DNA of 64,000 nucleotides, taken from the NCBI RefSeq assembly GCF_001194135.2, contig NC_068983.1:25419386-25483385 (forward strand), given 5' to 3'. The notes below the pieces were generated by a model. That model was not told where the DNA came from, did no database searches, and worked only from the letters and a program-made list of their open reading frames with translations. This stretch comes from Octopus bimaculoides. Its lineage: Eukaryota. Shown one piece after another: positions 1 to 12,685 of this stretch; position 1 is the stretch's first letter; the number at the start of each line of letters is the position of its first letter. A program made the translations under genes and the position numbers.

Positions 1-27
1 CTGACATTTTATGTACATTGCGTTGTT

Positions 28-184
28 GAGCAGCAACATTAGCACGTCGGTCAAAAATGCTTTGCGTCATTTCGTGCGTCCCTACGTTCAAATCCTGCCG
101 AGGTCACTTTTGCCTTTCCTTCTTTCGGGAGTTCGATGAAATAAATACCATGTAGGCACTGGGTTAATATAATCAACTAGACCC
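28..184 (+). mobile_element. SINE family A (tRNA-headed), degenerate copy
   Basis: Aligns by eye to the in-window family A consensus (ttagcacgccgggcgaaatgcttagc...gttcaaattccgccgaggtcgactttgcctttc); followed by an (ATT)n tail. Confidence 0.7.
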
Positions 185-185
185 T

Positions 186-218
186 TATCATTATGATTAT
201 TATTATTATTATTATTAT
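186..218. repeat. (ATT)n microsatellite
   Basis: Direct reading; lies directly after the SINE. Confidence 0.9.
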
Positions 219-320
219 TGAGTGAGAGAGCAGTGCATTCCATCAAAGTGACACTGAGGTAAAATACACTGATTTCTCACTACGTTTCGTATCCGAGAAG
301 TCATACATACGTAAATATAA

Positions 321-356
<36 letters not shown>

Positions 357-2882
357 ATATGTTGTTTCATTTTACTTAAAATATATTTTAAATGAAAATG
401 CTCATTAGAGACACTTTATTTTCAATGTTTAATTTATTATTCAAAACTTTACTGTTTCCGTTTTGGTCGTGACTGGTTCATTTTGTTTATACGATTCGTA
501 CGACGTCTATGCTGCAAGATTTTTCTCCTTTCCCCCTCTCTCTAAATATATATATATCTGAATGTCCGTGCGTATGTGTGTGTGAAAATGTATGTGCGTA
601 CTTTTTCAAACACTCACATACAGTCACACATAGCCACATACACTCATACGGACACCCTGTCTCCCACTTACTCTCCCGCAGTTGCTTTCTAACAAAAAGA
701 AAATCAGAACATAAATAAATATATTATATTTATAAAAGCAAATTTATGGGAATAAAATATTAAGATGCTTAATTTGGTTACGTTTTTGCCTTATAGCAAA
801 TAAATTACTGTAGTTGTGTTTTTTGTTTCACTTGAAAACTAAATTAATAAGAAATCAGTTTAAACAAATCTTCTCTTGTAACAGAAAAATTTAGGAATAC
901 ATTAATGTATGACTCTCTTTCACTCTTATCTCTCTCTATCTCTCTCTATCGCACTCTGTTTATAAATATAGACGTGTAAATATATATACGTGTGTGTGTA
1001 CACGCACACACACATATATGTAGTTATATATTCATACACATGCACATACACACACACATATATAAAACACTCAGACACGTATATTGGTTTCAAATTTTGG
1101 CACAATGCCAAACTCATACACACACGTATTACATAATCATCGTTGTCGGAATTTTTGCGATATAAACTAGTGAAGAATAAAACAGTCATTAAGCGCATTC
1201 GCAATATTTGTATATGGAATGATAAGAACATGTCATTATAATTAACTTTATCCCTCGCTGCTTCTGTTTAAACACACCTACACACTTACACGCATACAAA
1301 CACACCCCATACACATATATATATATACTTGGAAAGAAAGAGAGAAATAGAGGGGGGAAAGAAAGAGAGAAATAGAGGGGGGAAAAAGAGAGAGAAAGTG
1401 AGAGGGGGAGAGAGAATAAATTTTGCCGGTAAGACGCCATTCGAATCGATCGTTATCTGTCTGGAATTATCAGATTGTGCCGCACGCTGTTAAGGGCTTC
1501 CGTTATTACTAACCAGCTTTGGTGTTATCCAGAGTATTGCAATCAGATTTCACTTAATGAATCATGGGGACTCTTCTGCAATGATCCTAATGTTATATTT
1601 TTAGGAGTATGCAATCCTAATGGATTCTTGGAATGAATATTTACTAAATGTAATAATCTTCGATAATAACATACGGATAGTATCTCGGATCCTCTTTCAG
1701 CGATATTCCTGGCTGTTTTCGAATCAAATACTTATCAGTCAAGCAATCAAGCGTATAAAGTGGCTATATCCAGTATTATCCAGATTGTGGAGCGTTTGTT
1801 AATGTGTTCCGCGGGTGGTTAATTTTCTAAACCAATTTAATAGAAACATTGAGGTCTCTCTGTTCTTCCATAACAAGTAGTGTATAATGTGTGTTATACA
1901 CTTGTTATTAAATGACATGAAGTTCATCCCTCATAAAAACCTCTTTGTAGTCTTTTCAATGGTTGTGTGATACAGCATCGTCAGAGAAAGGCGGCATTCT
2001 TTAAAATAAAGGAATGCTATCCTAATGAATTTGATAATTGATTGTGAAGATAGGAACTGACTGGGAGTGTGTCTTATTTCAAGGTAAGTATACATTATCT
2101 CATAGTATTATATGGGATAATTGTGCGTTGTTCGGAATTGGGAGCTTGCTACAGATACAAAGGCAACGGTTATAACTTCTGCATTAACGCGGCATTCTCC
2201 TATTCCTGTTTCTACTGTTGATTGTGATAGAGGTAGTTTTTCCATAGTAGCTTCTCACTAATGCCACCTTATGGTAGTGGGTTGTCGTAAGGAACATGGC
2301 GCATTGAATATATCTCATTTACATTAACTTACCCTTTCAAATATTTGAAATTTCCTTGAATGTCTTTGCGTACAATTGTCCCCAAATCTAATTTAATACT
2401 TAAAATATGAGTAATTGTTAGGTTGATGAGAATAATGTTCATCAGTTCGAATTTCTTCGATACTAAATGCAAACTTCCTTGACTATATTCAGAAATCTGC
2501 CGTTCCTTGTAAGAATAGTTAAAACGTAGTCTTTTTACATTTCCAAAATGTGGGAATCTGTAGAAAGATATGTTCTTATTAGCTTTTTAAAATAGTTAAC
2601 TGCAAAAATATTTTAATTGGTGCTTTCTCAGTGTTTAAAGCAGTTCCGTGTCATTAAAATTCTGATATAAAATCACAGTATTGTAGCTATACCAATATTA
2701 AATTTACACACAGGCGAGCGCGCGTGTGCGTATATGAGGATATATGTCTATAGATGCGTATATATAAGTATTTATTTATGCATATGTGTGTGTGTATGCG
2801 CGCGCGCACATGTGTGTGTGTGTGTGTGTGTGTGTGATATTTACCGCTATTTAGACATGCTTGTCCTGTAGGTTATTCAATA

Positions 2883-3221
2883 CAATCTGCACTTGATATA
2901 TATAGCAAACAGGGATGCGAATCTCTACCATCTTCCAACCATAACACCACCAGGCCTCTTTGTGGTCATCCTCATTGGTGGATACTCGCAAGCTAGAGAC
3001 CCCAGCTAGCAACGTATACGTTGCTATACATTGATCTATACGTTGCTATACATTGATCTTGTAATAAGCAAAGTAGCTAGTTAGAGATAACGCTTACCGA
3101 ATCTTCGGTAGAAAACGACGTTGCTGCTATTTTTAACCCCAGAAAGACACCTTCTCTGGCTGGTTATCCGATGCAATCTGCACCCGATATATATTGGAAG
3201 CAGGGGAATGAACCACTACCA
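2883..3221 (+). repeat. Two diverged copies of a short unclassified repeat (2883-2930 and about 3130-3221); third copy near 7455-7545
   Basis: caatctgcacttgatatatatagcaaacagggatgcgaatctctacca vs caatctgcacccgatatatattggaagcaggggaatgaaccactacca. Confidence 0.6.
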
Positions 3222-3540
3222 ACAAATAAATTTTTTAAATTATGGTACAAAAATAATCAAAATTAAATTTGAACAAAAGACTTTTTAAAATCATGTCTTT
3301 TGAAATATACAATTAAAGTAGTCACTTTATTTAGTTGTATTGAGTACAAACAATAAAATATGAAGTTGTAAATAATATTACACAAGATTTCTTTTTCGCT
3401 AAACAAAACTAAACAAAACAGTCATTGCAGTGCAGTAAAATGGTCATTAAATGATTTCAAATGAGCCATATGGTCATTCCATTCATCCATATAAAAAAAA
3501 GAGAAAAATTAACCTCCTAAATAAATAATAAGTAAAATTT

Positions 3541-3595
3541 ATTACTCTTTTACTCTTTTACTTGTTTCAGTCATTTGACTGTGGCCATGTTGGAC
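3541..3595 (-). mobile_element. SINE family B 3' tail fragment
   Basis: Reverse complement matches the 3' end of the copy at 6951-7325 (catggcc.cagtcaaatgactga.acaagtaaaa). Confidence 0.6.
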
Positions 3596-6500
3596 AATAG
3601 AATTAGTTTAATTCTTCTTTGGCTAATTCGTTACTTCACCTAATTCATCACTTCCAATTTTTTCCCAGGAATGACTAATTAGACGGATTCTACTCTATTT
3701 TTTTCTCTGAAACTTAATATTATTTTATTTCATTCCTAAAGTATTAAGTTTTCTTAAAATAAGCCCATGGGCTTCAAGATCGACTTAAATAATTTTGCCA
3801 AAATAATTTTTTTCTGAAAATAAAAATTACTGAGGCTATACACGAAAAGAGTTTCTGAATATAAGCCCATAGGCTTAAAATCGGATGGGGTTATTGTTGG
3901 AAAACTCCAGTAATGTCTTTATAATTTTTTTGTTTTAATAAACTATAGTAAATTTTTTAAATGTTAGTCTCGGCTGCAATATTTTAAGTACAGTAGAATC
4001 TTAATTTCAAGTATATTTAATTTTCTTTAGAAGTAACAAATTAGGCAAGTTCTACTGTCGAAATCTTGTTCTGTTCTTTTACAAGTGTAATAACCTAAGA
4101 ATATCAACATGCATGCGCCTGCATTTTTCATTGTAGTATATATATATATATTTCCATAGCAGTACACACACATATGCATATATATATATTGAATCTTCTT
4201 TTTATGTATACTTATATAGGAAAATAGTTATTAAACATTAACTGAAGGATCACTTAATACATGTAAATAAAAGATATATTTTTAGAAACTAAAGTTAGGT
4301 CCTCAATTTAAAATTTCATTGGTTGGGGACACCAAAGAAAATCTAGTGGAACTAAATCCAACAATATCTTTATGGTATCGATCTTACTAGTCTCGAAGGT
4401 GCATTATTTATTTTCTCCAGGCTCACCAAGGAAAAAGAAAGAATACTACGGATAGGAATGAATTTCCCATTGTGTATTTCATTTACTTCATTTCAGTAAT
4501 CTAGCTGAAAATCTTCTGAATGATAACATTTTCAAATCAGTTACTGTTTTTCTTTTGAAATAAGGCTCTCTTGATAATTATATGATTTTCCACGTACGTG
4601 CTACTGTTTTGTATAATCAATCAATTGCATATATTTTGCCAAAAGAAAGGATTGGATATCTGCAATTATATGTTGCCTGTGTGTACTTGTGTGTATATGT
4701 GTGTGTGTGAGCGTGTGAGTGCGCGCGTGATTTCGTGTGTGTTTATCTGTATGTGTACGCGTGTGTTCGTCTTTCGTGCAGATGCATTGGTGGAAAGTCG
4801 CTGCATTTGATGAACGTTTTTTGAAATATTTGTTCCGTAGTCAAATACAGACTATCCCTACACTCCTTTTACATTACACATCTCAGACCGCTACCTAAAA
4901 ATTCTCATATCAGAAAGAGATGTACATACTTTAATACAGCGATTTTCAGCGTCCCTAAAAAAAGAACACGTAAATACAAACCCGCATGCAGATACACCCA
5001 TATATATATGTACAACATATATGTTCCTTTTTTAATGTGAAATTAAAACGTATAAACATTTAACTTAACCGTCCAGTTACTCTGGCATTTGTGTGAACAT
5101 ACTCCTGCTTTTGATATTAAGTGGAAGATCATATAGCGATGACGATTATATGGAAATTTTACTAAAAGTTGTCGGTTATACACAGATGAACGACGTCTTA
5201 TAATTAACAGCCTTAACAAACATCTTTAATGGTGAATAGAGAAGAGATTAGAGTCTTTTATCTAGAGTTGACGCTTCTGTGAAGTATCGACTAACAAATA
5301 CGTTCTTGAAATGATCAATGCTCAGCTTTAATTTACAAGGAAGATTCGTACTCTATTTTCCTCGTCGCTTTTAACTCAATAAAACTCTTATTCTCTTCCC
5401 CTAATGTTTAGGTGCAACATGTAAAAAGAGTTCCTTCAATTCTGTATTTCCCTTTTGAGTTTCATCTCGACGTTTGATACTCTTGATCGTTGCAAAATGT
5501 TTATCATTGTTCGTAGCTCACCACATTATAGAAAGAAACACACTACTGTCTTCGTAATTACAATTATTGGATGTAGTTCTTTTTCCTTCACAAAATAAGA
5601 TCCTTTTAATTTTACTTAGATTGCTTTCAATGTTGGTGTATCGATGCAACTCTAAATTTTGATTCCGATCAACCAATTACACATCTCGTAAATTGAAGAA
5701 TCTGGCGGTATTTGAAATTAAAGTTGGGAAATTTGGGTAATATTAACCAATCAACATGGCCAAAGTATACCATGACAAAAGCATGCTTTATTGCGGTTCA
5801 TTTTCAGTGCCTCAGGTTGTTCTATGTTGATTTTTCATACTTGATTCTTCACACCACGAGATTCTTTTCACTGTGTGTTTTGTTTTAATTTTTCTCTGTG
5901 TTAGTATAATACATATTTTTCTGTGTTTCTCTGTGTTAGTATTTTTCTGTGTGTTAGTATTTTTTACATATTTTTCATTTCATATATTTTTTGGACTCAT
6001 TGACTCAGATAGCTTAAGTCTATTCATAAAAATTTAAATTCGGAGTATTTCTTAAACTGCTAGCCTCATGTTTCAACAGCTAAGCTGAAATTTAGCCCAC
6101 GTAACAGGAACTGAGATGGATATCGTGGAACAGATAAACTGGGTAATGCAGATAATTTGACATTGTTTTTTAATTTTGCATGCAAAAATGTGTAAGATAC
6201 AGATATTATTTTCCTTGGGACAAATTCTTTGTTGACCAGTGTTATTTTTATCGCGGTTTACAAATCCAAGCATGAAAACGTTACTCAACTTTGGAGCTTT
6301 GGAGACAGACACCTCCTTCACATACACACACATGAATGCATAAAACGAAAGCATAGAAACTCAGAGTAATGATAAAAGTATATTAACCTAGTGCTTAAAA
6401 TAATTATATTCTATGGTACTTATTGTGATATTTTCTCGCGTTACCTAAATTTCGATTGGTATTAAAAATAGAGGTGGTAAATGATAAATACATTTGTATG

Positions 6501-6950
6501 TAATCAATTAAAATACTGGATCTAAGTTTAGGGACTTGGCCATTGTTAATGTAAATAAAAAAAACAGGAAAGGGATAAGAGAAGAAGAAGAAAGCAATGT
6601 TTGTGTGCTTAAAAATACATATCAACAATAAAAGAAAATAATATATACAAAAATTAAGTAGTACAACGACAGTTAGAGATATCAAAAATTAAACCAAGGG
6701 ATACTTTTGAACAACAAAAAATACCAAATAAAGTTGAAAGGTAAAATGGTTTTCAAATGATTAATAATAAACTTTCCAATAAGCTTTGTTGAAGTCGACG
6801 CACCTAACTAGGAAGTAGATGCCTGAAAGCATTAATATATTATGAGATTAAATATAATTGAATTATAAAATAATAACTAAAAATACACAACCACACCCTC
6901 ATAGTCGTACATTCATATTCTCGTTAATCTGCATACACATAGATAGACAT

Positions 6951-7325
6951 TGTGGTAAGTAGCTTGCTTACCAACCACATGGTTCCGGGTTCAGTCCCAC
7001 TGCATGACATCTTGGCAAGTGTCTTCTACTATAGCCTCGGGCCGACCAAAGCCTTGTGAGTGGATTCGGTAGACGGAAACTGAAAGAAGTCTGTCGTATA
7101 TATGTATATATGTGTGTGCGTATATATTTGTGTGTCTGTGTTTGTCCCCCAAACATCGCTTGACAACCGATGGTGGTGTGTTTACGTCCCCGTAACTTAG
7201 CGGTTCGGCAAAAGAGAACGATAGAATAAGTACTCGGCTAACAAAGAATAAGTCCTAGGGTCGATTTACTCGACTAAAAGCGGTGCTCCAGCATGGCCGC
7301 AGTCAAATGACTGACACAAGTAAAA
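6951..7325 (+). mobile_element. SINE family B (tRNA-derived, CORE-like body), near full length
   Basis: B-box-like ggttcagtccc, followed by cttggcaagtgtcttctact resembling the MIR/CORE motif ccttgggcaagt; internal (TA/TG) tract; A-rich tail; matches the second copy at 36121. Confidence 0.8.
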
Positions 7326-7330
7326 AAAAA

Positions 7331-7371
<41 letters not shown>

Positions 7372-7454
7372 ATATCAATGCAGTAGTTGTCCTAACAAGT
7401 AATGTTCGTAGCCACTTCAAAATAGCTGTCCGTTTGAATGGACTTTAATGCGAT

Positions 7455-7545
7455 TTTTTAATCACAAGAGATCTCTTCTAGCTGGTTAACGATGCACAGC
7501 TACATCCGAGATATTGCGTGCAGGGGTGCGAACCCCTACAATCTT
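7455..7545 (+). repeat. Third copy of the unclassified repeat seen at 2883/3130
   Basis: ctagctggttaacgatgcacagctacatccgagatattgcgtgcaggggtgcgaacccctacaatcttc aligns to 3150-3221. Confidence 0.5.
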
Positions 7546-7742
7546 CTAGCATGGACGTGTGATCGTGGAGCTGTGGGCGTGGAGGTGTGGGCGTGCAAGG
7601 GAAGATTGGGGATTCATTGAGAGACGTCCAATGGTATGAGAGCAATCGGCAGCCGATACCCGCATAAGCGCTTTGACAAGAACACTATATGGTCATTTTG
7701 CTCACACTATGTTTGCAAGTATTTGAGTGTGTGTGTGTGTGT

Positions 7743-7774
<32 letters not shown>

Positions 7775-8167
7775 ATGCGTGTGTGTGTACGGCCACTCAC
7801 ACATACACATATAAACAGCCAACACCGCACAAACACCACACACAAAAAACATACATATACACACACATAAACTTGCGCGCACGCACATATCCACACCAAA
7901 ACACACACACACACCTTCTTCTCTTAGACTCACGTGTCTTAGAAAGAACTTTTTCTTCGCCCATTCTCTTCCGGTCATTTCAAAAAATTATTTTTCTTTC
8001 GTCTTCTTACTGGACTTTCCTATGTCTTCTGTTTCGGAAGAAGAGGTTTGCTCGTAACGTAAAACCACTTTTCTTTCCTTCTTTGAGTGTCTGCTAATAT
8101 TTTACATGTACCACATCCTAGGATTCTTGTTTTTGGTGTTAGTTCTTCGTTATAAATAGAACTGCTA

Positions 8168-8169
8168 TT

Positions 8170-8257
<88 letters not shown>

Positions 8258-8535
8258 NNNNNNNNNNNNNNNNNNNNNNNNNNNNNNNNNNNNNNNNNNN
8301 NNNNNNNNNNNNNNNNNNNNNNNNNNNNNNNNNNNNNNNNNNNNNNNNNNNNNNNNNNNNNNNNNNNNNNNNNNNNNNNNNNNNNNNNNNNNNNNNNNNN
8401 NNNNNNNNNNNNNNNNNNNNNNNNNNNNNNNNNNNNNNNNNNNNNNNNNNNNNNNNNNNNNNNNNNNNNNNNNNNNNNNNNNNNNNNNNNNNNNNNNNNN
8501 NNNNNNNNNNNNNNNNNNNNNNNNNNNNNNNNNNN

Positions 8536-8600
<65 letters not shown>

Positions 8601-8700
8601 TATACATATGCATATATATGTATATACACACATATCTATATACATATATGTATACACATACACATACACGCACATACATACATATATGTAGATAAATAAA
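8168..8700. repeat. (CA)n, N-gap 8258-8535, (TA)n compound microsatellite
   Basis: Direct reading. Confidence 0.95.
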
Positions 8701-9744
8701 TCTTTCTGTGCTGTCTTTAAAGTGAGAGCGTATGCATGGAGATATATATTCATATTTAAGGCATCTATTTTTGTATGAAAATTTCGTTTTAACCCTGCAC
8801 TTTAAGCACTCTCCTGCATATATTTATGACTACCGCTACAAACACGCACGTGCATATTCAGGCCCACAAGCAGACATTTCAGAAAGCATATACGTACGCA
8901 TACACGCAAGCAGGCAGATACAGTTACAGACAATGCACGTACATAGATACACATGCAAACGCAAAAACTCTAACGCTCAATCGTATATAAACAGCGAGCT
9001 ATACACACACATAAGGCAAAGAACAAAATCTTTACACCATTTAAAGTAAGGTAGCGCTTTACCAGCTTAATGCATAAAGTACTACAATACAAATACAAAC
9101 TTACACGCACAGCTCCTGGGGTTAATCTTTAGGTAGGTGAACTCTCTCTGCAGAAATCTAGCCGTGTGTCACAATTTGTTATGGAAGTCAGCCAAACTAC
9201 TTTACTGCAGTATCGAAAGCCAGCCAAAAACTTTATTTTAATTTCTCATATTTTCCTGTCTATGGTTCGTATTCCTTGACCTTGCACTCTGCCAGCATAA
9301 AATATCCAGAAGAAGTCCGATAATCTTATCACGATGGCAAGTATTTCTTTACAGATAACAAATTCATAGACATGTCATTGTAGCCGCTGTTTAAACATAC
9401 GAAGAACATACGAAGTAAAACAAACTCGAGTGATATTTTGAAAAGTTGCATTGTGTCTGTACTTTCGCCATACGTTCTCAAATGTAGAACTAAATCGCAA
9501 CAGATCTTTACTAAAAATGAATTAAGATAGTAATTTTTAATTCTTTCGATTCCAACATACTATCAAGATACAATTATTCATCCTATTCGAGCAAAGAGCA
9601 TAATAGAATCTAGTCCTGAAAATGCACAACATATGATTTACCAAAATGAAACTCACAGTCTTTTGAAAATAAGTTGAAATGAATATTCTTATTATAAAAT
9701 GTTGATCTTCTCGCAGTTGCAACTGATTCATTAATATTGGTTTT

Positions 9745-9950
9745 TAATCTTGGCACAAGGCCAGCAGGTTTGGGTTAGTGGGAAAGTCGATTACTTCGAC
9801 TACAGTAATCAACTAGTCCTTAATTTATCGAAACAGAAATGATGAAGGGCAAAATCAACCTCGGCGGAATTCAAACTCAGGACATAAAGACGGATTAAAT
9901 CCGCTAAACATTTTACCCTGCATCCTAACGATTTTGCCAACTCGCCGCTT
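9745..9950 (-). mobile_element. SINE family A, full length
   Basis: Reverse complement begins aagcggcgagttggcaaaatcgttagg and carries the gagtttgaattccgccgagg B-box region. Confidence 0.85.
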
Positions 9951-10675
9951 TTGCTTATTTATCAAGTTGCTTTTGTTATACGGTGATACTACACACGTAT
10001 TTGTTTGACCACATCCAGGGAAGGTTAGCCTAATAACTAGCATTAAGTCACTTTCAGAGAAATACCGGCCGCTGGTTTACACGTGTACCGTCTCCCCTTT
10101 CAGGCCGGAATCTTACTATCACCACTTCCCAATCAGACATTACTGACCCACACATCACCTTTCTTCAATCATCTTTTATTCTGTCTAACACATCAGACCC
10201 CATATTAATCACTATGCTCGATTCTTCAGTCTCAGATCATCGGCACTCTGGTATTCTGCCTGCCGATAGCTTTTTTCACACGTGCTGAATTACAAAGTCT
10301 CGAGAGGAAACATTAATGTCATTAATCCGTTGAGTCTATGTGGCACAGCAAAGGCCACAGTGATGCCCTCATTCTTCATACCCATACAATAAGTAAAATG
10401 AATTAAAAAACATTTCTTTAAACAATAATTGTAAAATTACTGAGGTGACCTCAATTGATTTGGGTGATGATATATATTTTTTGTAAACATAACTTCCATT
10501 CATGTACGATTTCAAATAAGCAAATTTTTGATTGAAATGCTTTTATATTCAATTGGATATCTATATTTATCTCTATCAATAGAAAGTAATCTCTTTACAA
10601 ATGATAACCTACTTTGATTTATTAAGAAAGTGACAGCAACTGCTCTATTGATATATTTACTAATGATAAAAGTTT

Positions 10676-10787
10676 GTGTGTATGTGGCTATATACATACA
10701 AGTTTATACACACATACAGATACATACACACACACATATATATATATATATACGTGTGCATATATATGTGCATATATATACACACGC

Positions 10788-10849
<62 letters not shown>

Positions 10850-11024
10850 NNNNNNNNNNNNNNNNNNNNNNNNNNNNNNNNNNNNNNNNNNNNNNNNNNN
10901 NNNNNNNNNNNNNNNNNNNNNNNNNNNNNNNNNNNNNNNNNNNNNNNNNNNNNNNNNNNNNNNNNNNNNNNNNNNNNNNNNNNNNNNNNNNCATATATAC
11001 ATACAAACACACAAAAATCACACA

Positions 11025-11058
<34 letters not shown>
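10676..11058. repeat. (CA)n/(TA)n microsatellite block with N-gap 10850-10991
   Basis: Direct reading. Confidence 0.95.
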
Positions 11059-11059
<1 letters not shown>

Positions 11060-11283
11060 TCTACCAATACAGCATGAAAAGTAGGAAATATTAATTTCAT
11101 TATATACTGCTATATATTTAAATGTTTAAAGCATCTCGAAATATAATAACCAGTTAATAGTCAGTTCACGAGCATTAGAACAATTTTAGTTTGTCTCCAT
11201 TTGTTCTGAGAATTGGTCGTAAATTTCTGCTATTGACACATAGCAAACATTCAAATAATCTTCAAAATAACTGTACTTTGATA

Positions 11284-12465
11284 TACGGGGTGCATTCCAG
11301 AGGATTTGAGACTTTTATTTTAGGAGAGGCAGTTATAACTACCCTAGATTTTTGAAATTTTGCTGTATCTTTACTATACATTTAATAAACCGACCTGCCA
11401 ACTATTTATTCCAGAGTGAAGAATACGGCTGCATTAGTACTTTCAAAACACCCTTCTCGACTAGTTTGCAGATTGCAGTTGGGACACGAAGGCAATATGT
11501 AGCTTGTAATTCAGTAAAGTTTTGTGTTATTCAGGGCAGAAACGTTACAGAAATTTGAAATGCTCCGGACTTCACATGGATTAACTTGTTTGAGCTGGGC
11601 ATCGATTTTTCATTCCCACAAGAAGTTCCAAGGCGGTAGAAATGAGGTGAGAGTCGATGAAATGAGTGGGAGTAAGAGATACGTTAGAACATCAGATCTG
11701 GTTGAAAAAAGGCGCCATTCTCTGGATGTAAATCGTCAAATCTCTATAAAGACAGTAAACACATTTTGGAGTCGGTATGGAAGCTGCACACAGAGATAAG
11801 GATGAACATTTCAACATGCACAAAATTTGTAGAAAGTTTGTTCCTAGGGTGCTCAGGGACGAGCAGAAAGAAAGACGCGCTGGTAACAGTTGGGAGATGC
11901 TTGACATCATTACCTCCATTTGAAGAGAACTTGAGTTCCAGGTGACCAGTGACGAAATGTAGAACAACAGTTATGTTCGAAAGTCTGAGTGCTCAGATTA
12001 AGTATTCTAGCTTCCCCCGACCCAAGACGGCGAGGTAAAGCAAGTCCATCTCCTAGCTAGTGATGATACACCTTTTTGACAGCAAGGGCATCGTCTACAT
12101 CTACTGGGTTCCCACAAGCCAGACGGACAACCAAGAGTATTTTGTGGACGTTTTGACGGAGATCAGGAAGAGAGCCGCGCTCTTCCTTTTGGGTCGATGG
12201 TGCCTATACCAGGACAATGTACCAGTCCACAATTTCATCCTTGTAGCTTTAAAATTCTAGCAGCCCAGGACTTGCTCTCTATGAATTTAGGTTGTCGAAG
12301 CTGTAGAAGATAAAAGTGACTGTGACACGGGTCCTGAACATCTTCACTTTGGAAGACATCCTTGGGGTCTTCAAAACGTGACGGGATGGCTGCAAGTTCA
12401 CTGGAATCACAGGTTCTTTGAGAGAAATTAGAGTTCTGTACTTCTTTCAAATTAATAAGTGTCTC
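11284..12465 (+). pseudogene. Decayed near-full-length mariner (Tc1/mariner, DD34D) transposon
   Basis: Frames give FEMLRTSHG...FHSHKKFQGGR (HTH), KFVPRVL (WVPRxL motif, 11837-11854), MMIHLFDSKGIVYIYWVPTSQTDNQEYFVDVL...WCLYQDNVPVH and KVTVTRVLNIFTLEDILGVF (C-terminus); the YSPDLAP region is deleted; multiple stops and frameshifts; starts TA-cggggtgcattcc. Confidence 0.9.
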
Positions 12466-12471
12466 TCCTTG

Positions 12472-12685
12472 AAGCGGTGATCTGGCGGATTTTTTTTCCC
12501 GTCGGGCAAAATGCTTAGCGGCATTTCGTCCTCGTTACGTTCTGGGTTCAAATTTCGCTGCGGCCGACTTTGCTTTTCATACTTGGCGGGGAGGGGATGT
12601 AAATAAAATACGTACGAGTTGAACATTCGGGTCGATGTAATCAACTTACCCCTCCCTAAATTTGCTGGCCTAGTACCAACATTTT
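12472..12685 (+). mobile_element. SINE family A, full length, at the 3' end of the mariner
   Basis: aatgcttagcggcatttcgtcctcgttacgttctgggttcaaatttcgctgcggccgactttgc. Confidence 0.85.

Noticed and set aside
2050-2090. Perfect donor caag/gtaagt with a possible 30-nt exon
   Set aside because: About one such 9-mer is expected by chance in this window; no convincing acceptor or peptide
1900-2100. Minus-strand peptide ...TTIEKTTKRFL*G resembling an L1/Tx1 RT motif
   Set aside because: Single short resemblance; flanking frames show no other RT motifs
7925-8090. Minus-strand Lys-rich frame, or MGEEKVLSKT followed by gtgagt, as a first or last exon
   Set aside because: Poor acceptor, low-complexity purine-rich sequence, mutually exclusive readings, no recognisable protein
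10040-10400. Possible very old RTE-like RT remnant on the - strand (GSDVLDRIKDD*RKVM)
   Set aside because: Similarity too weak to support without a profile search
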